Below, piece after piece: positions 33,794 through 45,076 of a stretch of 64,000 bases of DNA. The DNA is from Mitosporidium daphniae. Taxonomy: Eukaryota. Numbering within the stretch: the stretch's first letter is position 1; every line of letters starts with the position of its first letter. The position numbers and the translations under genes were made by a program. Below the pieces are notes generated by a model. It saw only the letters and a program-made list of their open reading frames with translations. It searched no databases and was not told where the DNA came from. The stretch lies in assembly GCF_000760515.2 (NCBI RefSeq), contig NW_013546289.1:1-64000 (forward strand), given 5' to 3'.

Positions 33794-36700
33794 TCATTTC
33801 TCTGACTTTGACATGCACTTCAAAACGCGTCTTGATTCCTTCTTGGCCTCGATCTCTTGCAGGGTCTTAAGGTAGCCGCGACCGCTCTGCTTTTTCGACT
33901 CTTTTTGCACGGCCAAAGTCGACGATTTCGAAAGGTTCTTTTTCCCGTCCACGGCAGAACTCCATTGCTCATCGGCGATATCGATGGCATATTTCGATAT
34001 GTCCAGAGAATCGATCAATTCCTGCTGCTTTGAGCGAAAGGCAGAGTTGGCAGAAAGTGCAGAAATCCGAAGATCCTCATCTAAGCTTTGAGGCGTGGGA
34101 TCCCATGCCGCTTCGTCGGAAAGCGAGCGCTTTGATGTGTTGGGATTCGCTTGGCTTACACCAACATCCGATGTCGTTTGGAGAGACCTGGTAGCCCGAT
34201 TTTCCTCGTGACCTCTGAAAATATTAAAGAATTTCTTCAGTATCTTTGAAAGCATGGCCAACAGCTGCGAAGAGTTGAGGCCAAGAATATTTTCTAGATC
34301 GTCGATAGACTTCATCTGTCCTCCAATGGAGAGCAGAATTCCGCTTTGCACCGGAGTGAGAGAATCTGACGGCTTTAAAGAAAGCTTACCAAAGAAATAG
34401 GCCCTTGCAATGGTTGGGATCAGATCCAATATGACGTGGAAATCGGCGGTGTTGCTAAGATATGCCTCAAGGCGCCTTATGTCGAATTTCGAAAGCAATT
34501 CAATCACATTCGAGTCTTTGGCATCGGCAAATATGTTGTGTGTTTGCTGCTGCTGCTGCTGCATAAGCTCGAGAGCAAGGGCAATTGGCATGTCTCGAAA
34601 GGCCATCGGAAGCAGGTTGTAAAACCTGCAATAAAAGTCGTCAAAAAATAGCTTAAGCCAATCGGAGGGATTTTCGACAACAAAGTTCTTCAACATGATG
34701 ACGGTGTTTTCACCCGTAAGATCGTTCTTAGTTTGCCTGACATAAACAGGGAGAAACCCAAGGCGTTTCCAAAATTTTGCCAAGCTTTGAGTGAGACCAA
34801 ATGAGACGCCCACCCAATCCAGCCGCTCTGGAGCCCGCTCGTCCAGCCTGTAAAGCAACGGCGGTAAATTAGCACGAGGGCATAATGACTCCAAGTCCGT
34901 CTCTTCGCTCATATTAGAGTGTGCAGGACTATCCTGCTTTGGGTCTGCAAGTCTTTCATCAGAAAACATTTCGCCTCGATAGTATTGCTCAAGTAGGGTG
35001 ATTGCGCGAGTTCCATAGCCCATTTTCTGGAGCTCTGGGTGGGTAGCGATTCGGATAATTCTAGCACCAGAAAGACTGGCAAACTCGGTGTCCTGAAACT
35101 GGGTGGAAATTGTCCAAGGGATCAAATCGCCTCCTCCTCTTTGGCCTCTAGAAATAGATTTCAGGATGCTTTCCCTGGAAAGGGATCCCTCAATACAAAC
35201 TTGGAGTACACAAAGAATTTCAGGTATGCAATCTTCGTCAGCTCCAGAGGCTGGACCCAACAACACAAACAAATGGTGGGCAGGTGCATCGCTCATCAAC
35301 TGCAGATCGTTTGGTGTGTTTTTGTAGTGCGACGAGACATACAAAAACATCATTTTCTGAAGAAAGGTCTCAGAGGCTTCATGAAAAGAAAATAAAGTGT
35401 CTCGATTTACATAAAACAGCTGGCAATCTTTAGGATGCGGGCAAGAGGGAGAAGTGCTCTTTTTTACTTCGCCAACAGCATCAAAGCAAAGGAGTTTGTT
35501 GAGCCACTCTTCGATAAGGTCTTTTCTGGCATACCGGATCGGTGCTTCAAGCTTTATCTCTTTTAAGAAGCGTCCAGAGGATCCCCCCTGCTGTTCTCGC
35601 AACTGCTGAATGAGTTTCAGAGATAACGAGCGACCGGTGCCTTCATAACCATGGATTGTAGATGATAGCAATACCAAATACGGGCCAAGAAGCGATTTGA
35701 CCAAAGGCAATGGGATGGCCGCTGCCTCGTCGATAACAACAAGCTCTGCTTGGCCCAGTACTCGAAAATCTTCAGGAGCTATGTACTGGATGGTTTGGCG
35801 ATGCGTCTTGAAAATATTGACGCGAACCGTAATGCCCGAAAGCTCCTCAGAAGTGGCTTGTATGGCATCATAGTGGGTATGCTCATTATAGCCCAATGCT
35901 TCGAGGCCCTTGAACAGAAAGGAAAATAAAGTCCCCAAATTGGAAGGCGAAGGAGAAGTCACAAAAATGTTGGAGAAACCTTGTGACACGGCAACTGCCA
36001 TTGCAAGTCCAAGCGCGGCAGATTTTCCTCTACCTCGAGAGGCCGTTAAAGAGAGCGTAAATCGAAGGGACTTTGCAGATATGGCTTCGGCGATTGAAAT
36101 CAATGCGCGTGTTTGGTCGACAGTCTTGCAAAGATTGCCTATAGTACGAACCACGCCGTCAACCTCAGGTAGCTTGTCCAACATATCTTTGATCCGGGAA
36201 TTTTCCTGCTCTTGCAACGTAGAAGGATCCTTTTCAACCCCATCTTCGGTTGAAGAAAGCATGTTTCTGCTAAAGCTCGTAATCGGCAACACATTCAAGG
36301 AATCGTCGATAAACAAGCAGCTATCGCATCGAGAAAGGGAAAGAAGAAATCTTTCGTTGAACCTCCCGACGATATCTTGATCTTTAGTGCCTTCTGTTCT
36401 GTATCTGGAGTGTACGTCCATCGTCATAGTGTAAAGCTGGCGCAGTGAATTGATGTTATTCAAAAGCAAGACTATCATGCCACCGCCTCGAACGGTCTCG
36501 ATAGTTCGGGCCAGTAAGTTTGGAGTGAGCGCCTCAAAATCCTATAAGGAAAGGATTTACGAACACAATACCTGAAGCACACACATGCCGAATGTATTTC
36601 CGAGGATCTTTTCGCTCTCCTTATAATAGCAGTAGCGGATGTCGGTGGTCGACAAAAACCTGTCAAATAAATTATCTTCATTGGCAACGTCGTTTAAAGA

Positions 36701-36952
36701 AATTCCCTTTTTTTTCTTGTCCTCAAGCATTCTCATGCGCTTCTTTTTGTTTGAGGAAAACCCAAGCTCCTTTTTGTAGCACCATAAAACAGACGGACGC
36801 GCACAAACTTGTGCCTTTGAGAGCATGTAATGAAGGTGGATAATTTGATCCCTTCCATGGTCTCCTATCATTACAAAAAGAGACCGATGGTGATTGGACA
36901 CATTGAGCTCGATGAGCGTTTTAATGCGAGGGTCGATTTTCTTGCGGGCCAT
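33794..36952 (-). CDS. NAT10: RNA cytidine acetyltransferase NAT10/Kre33
   Basis: MARKKIDPRI, ILGNTFGMCVLQ|DFEALTPN, LTASRGRGKSAALG, SSTIHGYEGTGRSL, YVSSHYKNTPNDLQ. One 30-nt intron. Confidence 0.98.
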
Positions 36953-36979
36953 TAAAAAAAATAAAATTTATAAATTTCA

Positions 36980-36987
36980 TTAGGGTT
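36980..36987. promoter_or_regulatory. Telo-box-like element (TTAGGGTT) 28 nt upstream of the NAT10 ATG; representative of a window-wide motif
   Basis: The same motif recurs upstream of many start codons (see findings). Confidence 0.5.
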
Positions 36988-37114
36988 GCTCCATATGCAC
37001 GCGGCAATGCAAGAAAGGTTTATCTGCATGTGTGTTGATTTGCTGATGCAATGGCACATGTTTATCTGCACTTTATCAAGAACGTCATACTGATGGCCGA
37101 AATACTTCTTTCCA

Positions 37115-37336
37115 ATGTGTTCATGCTGTTGTGAAAGCTGCTACTGCGTTTTGAATGGCATTCTCGCCATTTTCATTCCGCCGCTAACCGTATTGATCGA
37201 TCGAGGCTGTACTAGCGACTTGCTGCTTAACATTCTTTTAACGCTGCTTGGCTGGATCCCCGGTACCATCCATGCCTGGTTTCTACTTTGCGAAAGCAGG
37301 GAATACCGAAGAGCCATGCACGAGTGTCCAAGATGA
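37115..37336 (+). CDS. PMP3: PMP3/RCI2 (UPF0057) proteolipid, copy 1
   Basis: ILAIFIPPLTVLIDRGCTSDLLLNILLTLLGWIPGTIHAW. Confidence 0.92.
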   Translation: MCSCCCESCYCVLNGILAIFIPPLTVLIDRGCTSDLLLNILLTLLGWIPGTIHAWFLLCESREYRRAMHECPR

Positions 37337-37667
37337 CCCAATAAAGTTTAATTTTAAACAAAAATGTTCCAATCTCAGCCGTCGCCCCAAGAGATAGCCT
37401 TCAATCGCTACCAGGTCAAACTGGTGTGGTATCAAATTGGTGTCGTTGCAGCGCTTATTTTTATAGGTTTGCATGTGCAGATTTATTTTTAGCTCCCTTT
37501 TCTGTCGCCCGATACTTGAGGGCTTCAACCCAACCCTAACCCAGTCTTAATAAAGGCATTGCAACCTCTCGATCGCAGAAAACCACCAAATAAAAATAAA
37601 AATGCCACGAAATAAATAGCGCGTGGAATATTTGCCGCATCAATGATACCATCAATTTGTGCATCAA

Positions 37668-37868
37668 ATGTTCTGTGGAGAGTGCAGGCTATGCTTTGTT
37701 CTGAAAGTCACATTGGCCTTTCTGTGTCCCCAGCTTGTTGTCTTTATGGATCGGGGATTTAGTGTGCATCTATTTATTAATATCATTTTGAGCATGTTCC
37801 TTTGGATCCCCGGGGTCATACATGCTTTGATGGTGACGCTCAAGCCTAACTCTAAAACACCTAATTAA
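37668..37868 (+). CDS. PMP3/RCI2 (UPF0057) proteolipid, diverged copy 2
   Basis: LAFLCPQLVVFMDRGFSVHLFINIILSMFLWIPGVIHAL. Confidence 0.85.
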   Translation: MFCGECRLCFVLKVTLAFLCPQLVVFMDRGFSVHLFINIILSMFLWIPGVIHALMVTLKPNSKTPN

Positions 37869-37898
37869 GAAATTTAATAAACAATAAAAGCGAGCACG

Positions 37899-38306
37899 TC
37901 ATTTCATTACAAAGCTTGCATTTCGAAGTGCCAGGTAGTCTTGTATTTGGCTTTGGGAAAGTTTTTTGATCACTTGATAGGCATCGACGGACGAATATCT
38001 CAGTGTGGATCGAGGATCGACATATGCCATTTCCAGACCCGTAATGTCACAGTACTTTAGCTGCGGAAGTAGGGAGGGTAAAACATCCATTGAGCCCCAA
38101 GGGGAGCACAAAGGGTCAGAGGTCGATGTAGACGAAAGGCTTTTAATGCTTTTCCATTTTCGCTTTGATCCGATAAAAGAATTCCACTGTGGATTCTTGA
38201 AAGGCTTGGTGTTATGAGCGTCAAAGAGTCCATTTTGAAGGAGGGGGGCCTGCTGCGCGGCATTTTTGGGATTGGAAGACGACCCCCTTTTGGAGAGGAT
38301 AACCAT
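37899..38306 (-). CDS. IES6: INO80 complex subunit IES6/INO80C
   Basis: KPFKNPQW and PSLLPQLKYCDITGLEMAYVDPRSTLRY...QDYLALRNA (YL1 C-terminal domain). Confidence 0.92.
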   Translation of the reverse strand: MVILSKRGSSSNPKNAAQQAPLLQNGLFDAHNTKPFKNPQWNSFIGSKRKWKSIKSLSSTSTSDPLCSPWGSMDVLPSLLPQLKYCDITGLEMAYVDPRSTLRYSSVDAYQVIKKLSQSQIQDYLALRNASFVMK

Positions 38307-38786
38307 ACTGCGGCTAAAAAAGCAGTCTATAAATTTTAACGACCCAACAATGAACAAACATTGGCCCAAATTGGGCTGTTAACCCTGGCATTGAGAACCC
38401 TAAATTTTGGGGATATCCACTGAAATCGCGATTGAAACCAAGGCTGGCTCCGTGTATTTGGGCCCCTAACCCTAAATGACCTTCGTGCTATGGCGGGTTA
38501 AGATTCCAGCTTCCAAATACGAGGAACACTCCAGAAACAATTGGCATGCAATATATGTATCTGGCATAAAAGTCGAGATTTATGTGTTCTAAATTGATCC
38601 GAAATACAGACACATGTTCTTATAATGCTTACGGATCGTTCTTGATGGATATCAGACTAACTTTGAACTTAATGCCCCGTGCCCGGCTTGAACCAGATTG
38701 AACTGCAAACCGACATCGATGTTGGCACTAAAATTAAACACTTCCAGTACATTTCGTAACATTGCGCCGTGGCATTTGTATATTTT

Positions 38787-39218
38787 ATGATTTCCAATTT
38801 AAAATCGCTGCTCAAAATCAACCCACCACGGCAGTTTTTGTTTGCCGAACGCATTTTGAAAAAGAGCCTTGCTCCCCCTTTTGCATGTTCAAATTCGTAT
38901 TCATCATCGCGTGAACTGGATACTGTCGAGGCTTACGAGCGTGAATGGGTGGACTTTTTTAAAACGGCTCCCGACCAATTCGAGCTGTATCGTGGGCTCA
39001 ACAATGCCTTCTCTTATGACATTGTGCCGACGGTACCTATTGTGCGCGAGGTGTTACTTGCATGCCGTCGTCTGAATCATCTCCCCACTGCAATTCGTCT
39101 TCTCGCCGCCCTAAGAGCAAAGGTCGACACTGTGGACCAGTACAAGCTTTACCTTACGGCGATTGAAGACTTGCGTTTGGAGTTGGGAGTTCCTGCCCCC
39201 GAAGAAATTGGCGTATAG
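38787..39218 (+). CDS. COX6: Cytochrome c oxidase subunit Va (yeast COX6)
   Basis: Presequence-like N-terminus; FELYRGLNNAFSYDIVP...LLACRRLNHLPTAIRLL...LELGVPAPEE. Confidence 0.93.
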   Translation: MISNLKSLLKINPPRQFLFAERILKKSLAPPFACSNSYSSSRELDTVEAYEREWVDFFKTAPDQFELYRGLNNAFSYDIVPTVPIVREVLLACRRLNHLPTAIRLLAALRAKVDTVDQYKLYLTAIEDLRLELGVPAPEEIGV

Positions 39219-39264
39219 AAAGAAATAAATTTACTGGTTAGTACTGATCGTTGGTGCTAGGATT

Positions 39265-40417
39265 TCAATCGTTAATTGCATCTTCGCGATTGATGCCAGT
39301 GTCATCGTCGTTGGGGGTATCGAAGAGATAATTTGCCGCCAGGGATTCGTCCTTGTCGCAGGCAAAAAATGCTTCTATTGCTCTTTGGCGAGGGAATCCC
39401 AAATCAACCAGTCGGTCTATTGCCTCCTTTTCTTGTGAAGATACTTGAATGTATTGGGTATGTGGAATGGCAGTTGCGCTTTCAATAGGCATGCCAGAGC
39501 TCTCGAGCACTGCATTTTGGCCCAATATTTGATCCGGAACATCGATGTCTTCATTTATTTCTTCAGACACTTCCTCATCAAATACTTCTTGCTCGGAATC
39601 ATTATTGTCTGTGGCACCTTGTCCCTCCTCTTCATCGTCTTCTTCCAGAAGGGCCAGAAATTCGGTCTGGTTTTCATTGATTAGCTATGGTAAGGATTAT
39701 CATGGGATACTTGAAGAAGCCGTGGATTTACGCTGCCGATTTGCTGAAGAAGCGGCTGCAATAAGTGAGGTTGTCGGTTCAGCAAAGCCCTTAACTGCTG
39801 GAACTGGGGATCGGTTTTAAGGAACGATAACGATTGCAGGCCACCGTTTCCGGCAGAGAGCCCATATGTGTCGTTATCGGATGGCTCTGGAATGTTCCCT
39901 GAAAAATGTGTCAAAGAGCTAGCTTACCTGAGAATAAATATTCGGCCGCCCTATCTGGATCGTTAAATGCTGCCTTCATGGCCTTTACGACGATATCCCT
40001 ATCAAAGCCGCCCATTTCCATTAATGTAAGGATTTCTATCTCATGTTCCGATGTATTTTCTGTATCGGCAGCTCCATTGGCGGGAGGCGCTTCTTTAGCA
40101 ACTTCCGGCAATTTCTTTGTTTCGCTTTGGATAGCGGATACTGGCGGTACTGGAGATGTTGCCGAAACTTTCTTCTTAATCATCATCACCAGAAAGTCTT
40201 TGTCCTTGACATTGCAGCTAGATATGGTCGAAGAGTCACCGAGAACTTTGCCTACAAATAAAAAGCCAGAATTACCTTGGAAAATTATTATTTGCGAAGC
40301 AAAACCAAACCCTTCCTGAGCTTCGATGGTCTGCTTTACAGTCTGGATGGAGGCCCCATCGTCAACCTCGATGGAAAAGGTCTTTTGTTGAAGGGTTTTT
40401 ATGGTAAGTTTAATCAT
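39265..40417 (-). CDS. RAD23: UV excision repair protein RAD23 (UBL-UBA-XPC binding-UBA)
   Basis: MIKLTIKTLQQKTF, LMEMGGFDR..AMKAAFNDPDRAAEYL, LSFLKTDPQFQQLR, EKEAIDRLVDLGF..AFFACDKDESLAANYL. Confidence 0.96.
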
Positions 40418-40447
40418 TAAAAATTAATAACCAAATTTTCAATTTAA

Positions 40448-41473
40448 TTAATTAACACAATCCTCGTCATCGCCCCTCCCTTGGTGGCGGTCGAACTCAT
40501 CGAGTTCAGATTCGATTTCCTAGTATAAAAGAAGCACGCATACTCTGGGCTCCCGTGGCTCCTGATGTTCGGAATACTGGATTGCATTGTCAATGTGGGA
40601 TAAGATGTCGCCAATGGAATCCTCGTCTCGGATATTGAACGGCAAAAACTGCACCATATTGAATTCCTCGATCTAAGGGAACGCGTTAATAAATGGCCGC
40701 ATTACCAGGCCAACAATAGCCTCATTCAGTTTCCTAAACTTTGGGTTCATCCCAAGATGCTCGGAACAAGATTTTTCATCGGTTCTGAGCCAATCCAAAA
40801 GTAGGCTTGGGTCTGAATTAAAAAACCTAACAATAAACCACATCGAGCAAACCGTGATATTTGCTCTGATTCAAGAGTGGCGTCATCCACAAGGTCCAGC
40901 TTTGTAATGACGTTGATGTGCGGAATTTCAAGCTGCACCATGGCGCTCATCGCACTTAGCACTCCAGAAAAGAACTTTGACACGTCTTGTAGAAACACAG
41001 ATTCGAGCAAATATACACAACACACTTGATATCCCATGCGCTGGAACACAGAAATGATGTTTTTGAAAATCGAAAAATGAGTGTAAAGCTCCAACTGTCC
41101 GGGACAGTCAACCAGCAGAAACTCGTTGTCATATTGGCCTAAATCGTCCTCCAGCCAATCGATATTTTCCAACAGATATCTACAAATATGCGGGAAATCG
41201 GTACTCCATGGAATAAATGAGACCTCCATTTGGGCCCAGTGCTAACTCCTCCATAACTTCGTCTACGGTGATGAGGTCTTTGATGTCCTTTGAAACCGGG
41301 GCGGGGAAGTGGTCCGCCGCGGGATCCAAATTGAGTAGATGGATTGCCCGCTTCGTACACGATCCATATGTGACCAGATGATTACAAAATGTGCTCTACA
41401 CGCATAAACGGCCACGCTCCGATACCTTTCCAACGCCGGCGGGGCCAACAACAAAAACGGCAAAGTTGACCAT
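40448..41473 (-). CDS. GPN3: GPN-loop GTPase 3
   Basis: VVGPAGVGK|STFC, NLDPAA, LGPNGGLIY, DCPGQLELYTH, LEIPHINVITKLD. Confidence 0.93.
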
Positions 41474-41519
41474 TAAAGTGGGCCGATTTAAAATTTTGCC
41501 AAATAAATTTTGGCAATTT

Positions 41520-43595
41520 ATGCAATTTTTACGATCAATGCAGCTCAAAACACCGCTTTCGGCCACTGCCCGATTGGAGGCGCTCCGGGCGCAAATGAAG
41601 CTTCATTCAATACACGCATACTATGTGCCGGGCGAAGATGCACATCAGGTAGATTTTTTGCAAGCCTATTTTGCAGAGTGAATATATATCTGCCTGCGAT
41701 TCCAGAAGGGCATATATTTCCGGGTTTACCGGCTCGGCAGGAGCCGCGATCATCACCATGAAGGAGGCCGCGCTTTGGACAGATGGCAGATACTTTCTGC
41801 AGGCGGAGCAACAGCTGGATCCCAAGGCCTGGATATTAATGAAGAGCGGGCTGCCCGGCACTCCCCAAAAGGAAGAATGGATTATGGAGAAATTAAAGGC
41901 TCCAAACTCGACGCTTGGATTTGACCCAACCCTAGTCCCCTTTGATTTGATCCAAAAATGGAAGGGCTACTGGAGCGCTCAAAATGCACCCATAGAAATA
42001 TGTCCGATTGACCAAAACCTGGTCGATCTGGCGTGGAGCTGTAGGCCCGCTCGTCCTTGCAATGCAGTTTCCGAGCTTGCCCTTTCATTTTGCGGAAAAT
42101 CATTTGAGGACAAGCTCAAAGACCTTCGCTCGAAAATCGAGGCCGAAAAATGTGCCGGCCTGCTTGTGTCGTCTCTGGATGAAATAGCATGGATTTTGAA
42201 CTGGAGAGGCTCCGATATCGATTTCAACCCGGTCTTTTATTCATATTTGTGGATTGCAAAAGACTGTGTTTACCTGTATATCGATGCTAGGGTTAGCTTT
42301 AGTCCTACAACTATTCCAACTAGAATGGAGCAATCAACTGTCTTGCCAAAAACCTAACGCCGCCCGTTGTCATCAGAGACTACAATGCGCTTTTTTCCGA
42401 TCTCAAGTGCTGGAAGGAGCTCTCAAATACGTTTGACCGCGTTTTGATGGCCAAAGGCGTGTCTTCGGTAGATCTTGTCGAATCTGCAGGCGGCGAGGTA
42501 AGATATTTTGTATTTAGGGGTAGGAAAAAGTGAAGCTTCTGCCCTCAATCGTTTCTCCCTTGAAGGCAGTGAAAACTAGAGTTGAGATTGACGGATTTCG
42601 CAAGGCACACGTACAAGACGGAGTTGCATTGGTATTTACAGTTTGGCTTAGCCGTAGGTGAGATTCTTTTGTTGGCTTGAATCTGCTCTCACATCAAACC
42701 AGGCTGTAAGTGAATCCACAGCGGCAAACAAACTCAAGGAATTCAGAAGTCAAGGGAAAAACTATGTCGGCCTCAGCTTTGACACCATCTCGGCTTCTGG
42801 CCCCAATGCCGCCATCATCCATTACAAGCCTTCCGCAGAGCTCTCTAGATCGCTTTCGCTTGATGAAATTTATCTGTGTGATTCTGGCGCGCAATATTTG
42901 TATGTGCCCTTTGCTGGCTTAGTTTAGGAACGGGACAACGGACGTTACTCGGACGCTGCATTTTGGAACGCCTTCTTTGGAAGAGAAGATGGATTTCACG
43001 CGGGTTTTGAAGGGCAACCTTGCGCTTGGAAGCATTGTGTTCCCCGAAAAGACCTCCGGCTTTCATCTCGATGTTCTGGCAAGACAGTTTTTATGGGAAA
43101 GCGGCAAGGATTATAGGCATGGCACTGGCCATGGCGTCGGCCATTATCTTAATGTGCACGAAGGTCCGCATGGCATTGGATTTCGCGAAGAATATCTCAA
43201 AAATACGCTTGTTGACGGCATGGTGGTCACCAATGGTATTGCTGCATTGTTGCTGTTTTCATTAGAGCCTGGATTTTACAAAGACAGTGCCTTCGGTATC
43301 AGAATCGAGGACATTATGATTGTGCGAAGCAAGACTGATTTTCCGGAACCCGCTTTTGGGGGCGTTGCCTTTTACGAATTTGAAAAGGTTACAATGGTAT
43401 TTTTGACCCTTTGTTAACCAACCCTAGTGTCCGTATCAGAAAAAACTCGTGCAAATTTCAATGCTTACACCGAAGGAAATTAACCTAATCGACCAGTATC
43501 ATAGTCAAGTTTATGTTACTTTGGCACCGCTTTTGAAGGAGCTTGATGCCAAAGCATTAGATTGGCTAAAGAGAGAAACCAGCCCCATCTGCTAA
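41520..43595 (+). CDS. Xaa-Pro aminopeptidase P (XPNPEP1/Fra1-like, M24), multi-exon
   Basis: DAHQ|SEY, ISGFTGSAG, LWTDGRYFLQA, SFDTIS, DSGAQY, GTTDVTRT, YRHGTGHGVG, EPGFY..FGIRIED. The start may be 41538. Confidence 0.95.
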
Positions 43596-43740
43596 TGTAA
43601 TTGAAACAATAAAATTTATGTCCCAAGTTTAGGGTTAGCAAACGCGCTTTAGGGTTTTCGGGATTTTGGCGGCCTTGTGCACTCAAAATGCACACCTTGG
43701 AGTTGGTTTTAAATTTTGGCTTCATTTTACCCTTTTCAAA

Positions 43741-44781
43741 ATGCAAGAAAATAAAAGCCCCTTGCCTTGTGCAGCCGCACCATTAAGAAGAGTCACACAG
43801 GAAATGATTACAGTCATAGCCAAGGCTAGAGAAGCCGCCGTCAAGATACAGACGGGGTTTTCCGCCCTATCCAAACGCCTTAAAGAGTTGGAGGCTACTC
43901 AGGACTTTTCAACAATAGACCATCCATTTCCTCTTGCATCATATTCGAAAACACCAAAGCTTATTGACGCTTATTTTGCCTGTCTGCGGAAAAAAAAGGC
44001 CTTAAATGGAAAGGTTAAAGGCGCCGCAGGTGGCGGCGCTCATTTCAACCCCCCACCGACGTCCCAGCTCTATCATAACTTGAATATCCTGTCTCGTTTG
44101 TATGTAGGCTCCATTAACTTTGATCTTTCAGATGCAGACTTGAAATCGGCATTTTCCATTTTCGGTCCGGTCAAAAACATCTCGATGACCATCGATCCAG
44201 ACACTCTCAATCACAAGGGCTTTTGTTTTGTTGAGTTTGAGACTCCAGATGGTGCAGCACTTGCACTCGATACCATGAACGGCGGCGATCTTCGAGGCAG
44301 GTCGCTGAAGGTCGGCCGTCCAATGAATTTCCCACCAGACCTGCCACCAGGCGTTCCAAGGCCACTTGCAAACCGTCTGTACATCGCCAGTGTGTGCGAC
44401 TCCATTTCCGAGGCCGACTTGCGCGAAGTTTTTTCTGCTTTTGGTGTGGTGACGGCCCTTTCGCTGATTCCGGATGCCCACGATCGGCTGCGCCATAGAG
44501 GATATGGATATGTCGAGTATTCAGATGCATTGAGCGCCCGAACGGCCACAAGCGCCCTGAAAGGATTTCAATTGGGGGGCCTTGAGCTGCGTGTTGGAAA
44601 AACTACAGTCGGTGGCCCCATGCCTGGAGGCATGGCTTCGGCCGAGTCCTGCCCGCCTGCCCTGATGCCCCATTGTTCCAAGCCATCGAAACAGACCGAA
44701 AAGGGCAGGCCAGGAAAAGCGCTTCCGCCAGCTGTGCGAGAGGCCTTGAAGAGCATCGAGGCTGCCTTGGCAAAGAAATAG
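43741..44781 (+). CDS. PUF60: PUF60-like poly(U)-binding splicing factor (two RRMs)
   Basis: RLYVGSINF..FGPVKNISMTIDP...HKGFCFVEFE..AALALDTMNG..LKVGRP and NRLYIASV..FSAFG..HRGYGYVEY..FQLGGLELRVGK. Confidence 0.88.
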   Translation: MQENKSPLPCAAAPLRRVTQEMITVIAKAREAAVKIQTGFSALSKRLKELEATQDFSTIDHPFPLASYSKTPKLIDAYFACLRKKKALNGKVKGAAGGGAHFNPPPTSQLYHNLNILSRLYVGSINFDLSDADLKSAFSIFGPVKNISMTIDPDTLNHKGFCFVEFETPDGAALALDTMNGGDLRGRSLKVGRPMNFPPDLPPGVPRPLANRLYIASVCDSISEADLREVFSAFGVVTALSLIPDAHDRLRHRGYGYVEYSDALSARTATSALKGFQLGGLELRVGKTTVGGPMPGGMASAESCPPALMPHCSKPSKQTEKGRPGKALPPAVREALKSIEAALAKK

Positions 44782-45076
44782 AAGGGCCACAAGTTTGGTG
44801 CCGTTTAAAATTGACCCACCACTAAATATTGCATGCAATACGGTAAGGAAACCCATCATTTTTGACCTGCAGCTGCTCACTAAAAGTAGAGCCCGTAAAC
44901 ATTAAATACAATGCCCATTGATTAGTTGATCAGTCTTTTCAAAGTCAATACGCCAAAACTCGAGCCCATTGCAGGCCAAATCAACTGCAACCCGAATCGA
45001 TTGCAGCCCAAATGCATTACAACTCGAATCCATTATCACTCCGGTGCACTAAAAGTTGCGTATGTTACAATAAGCT

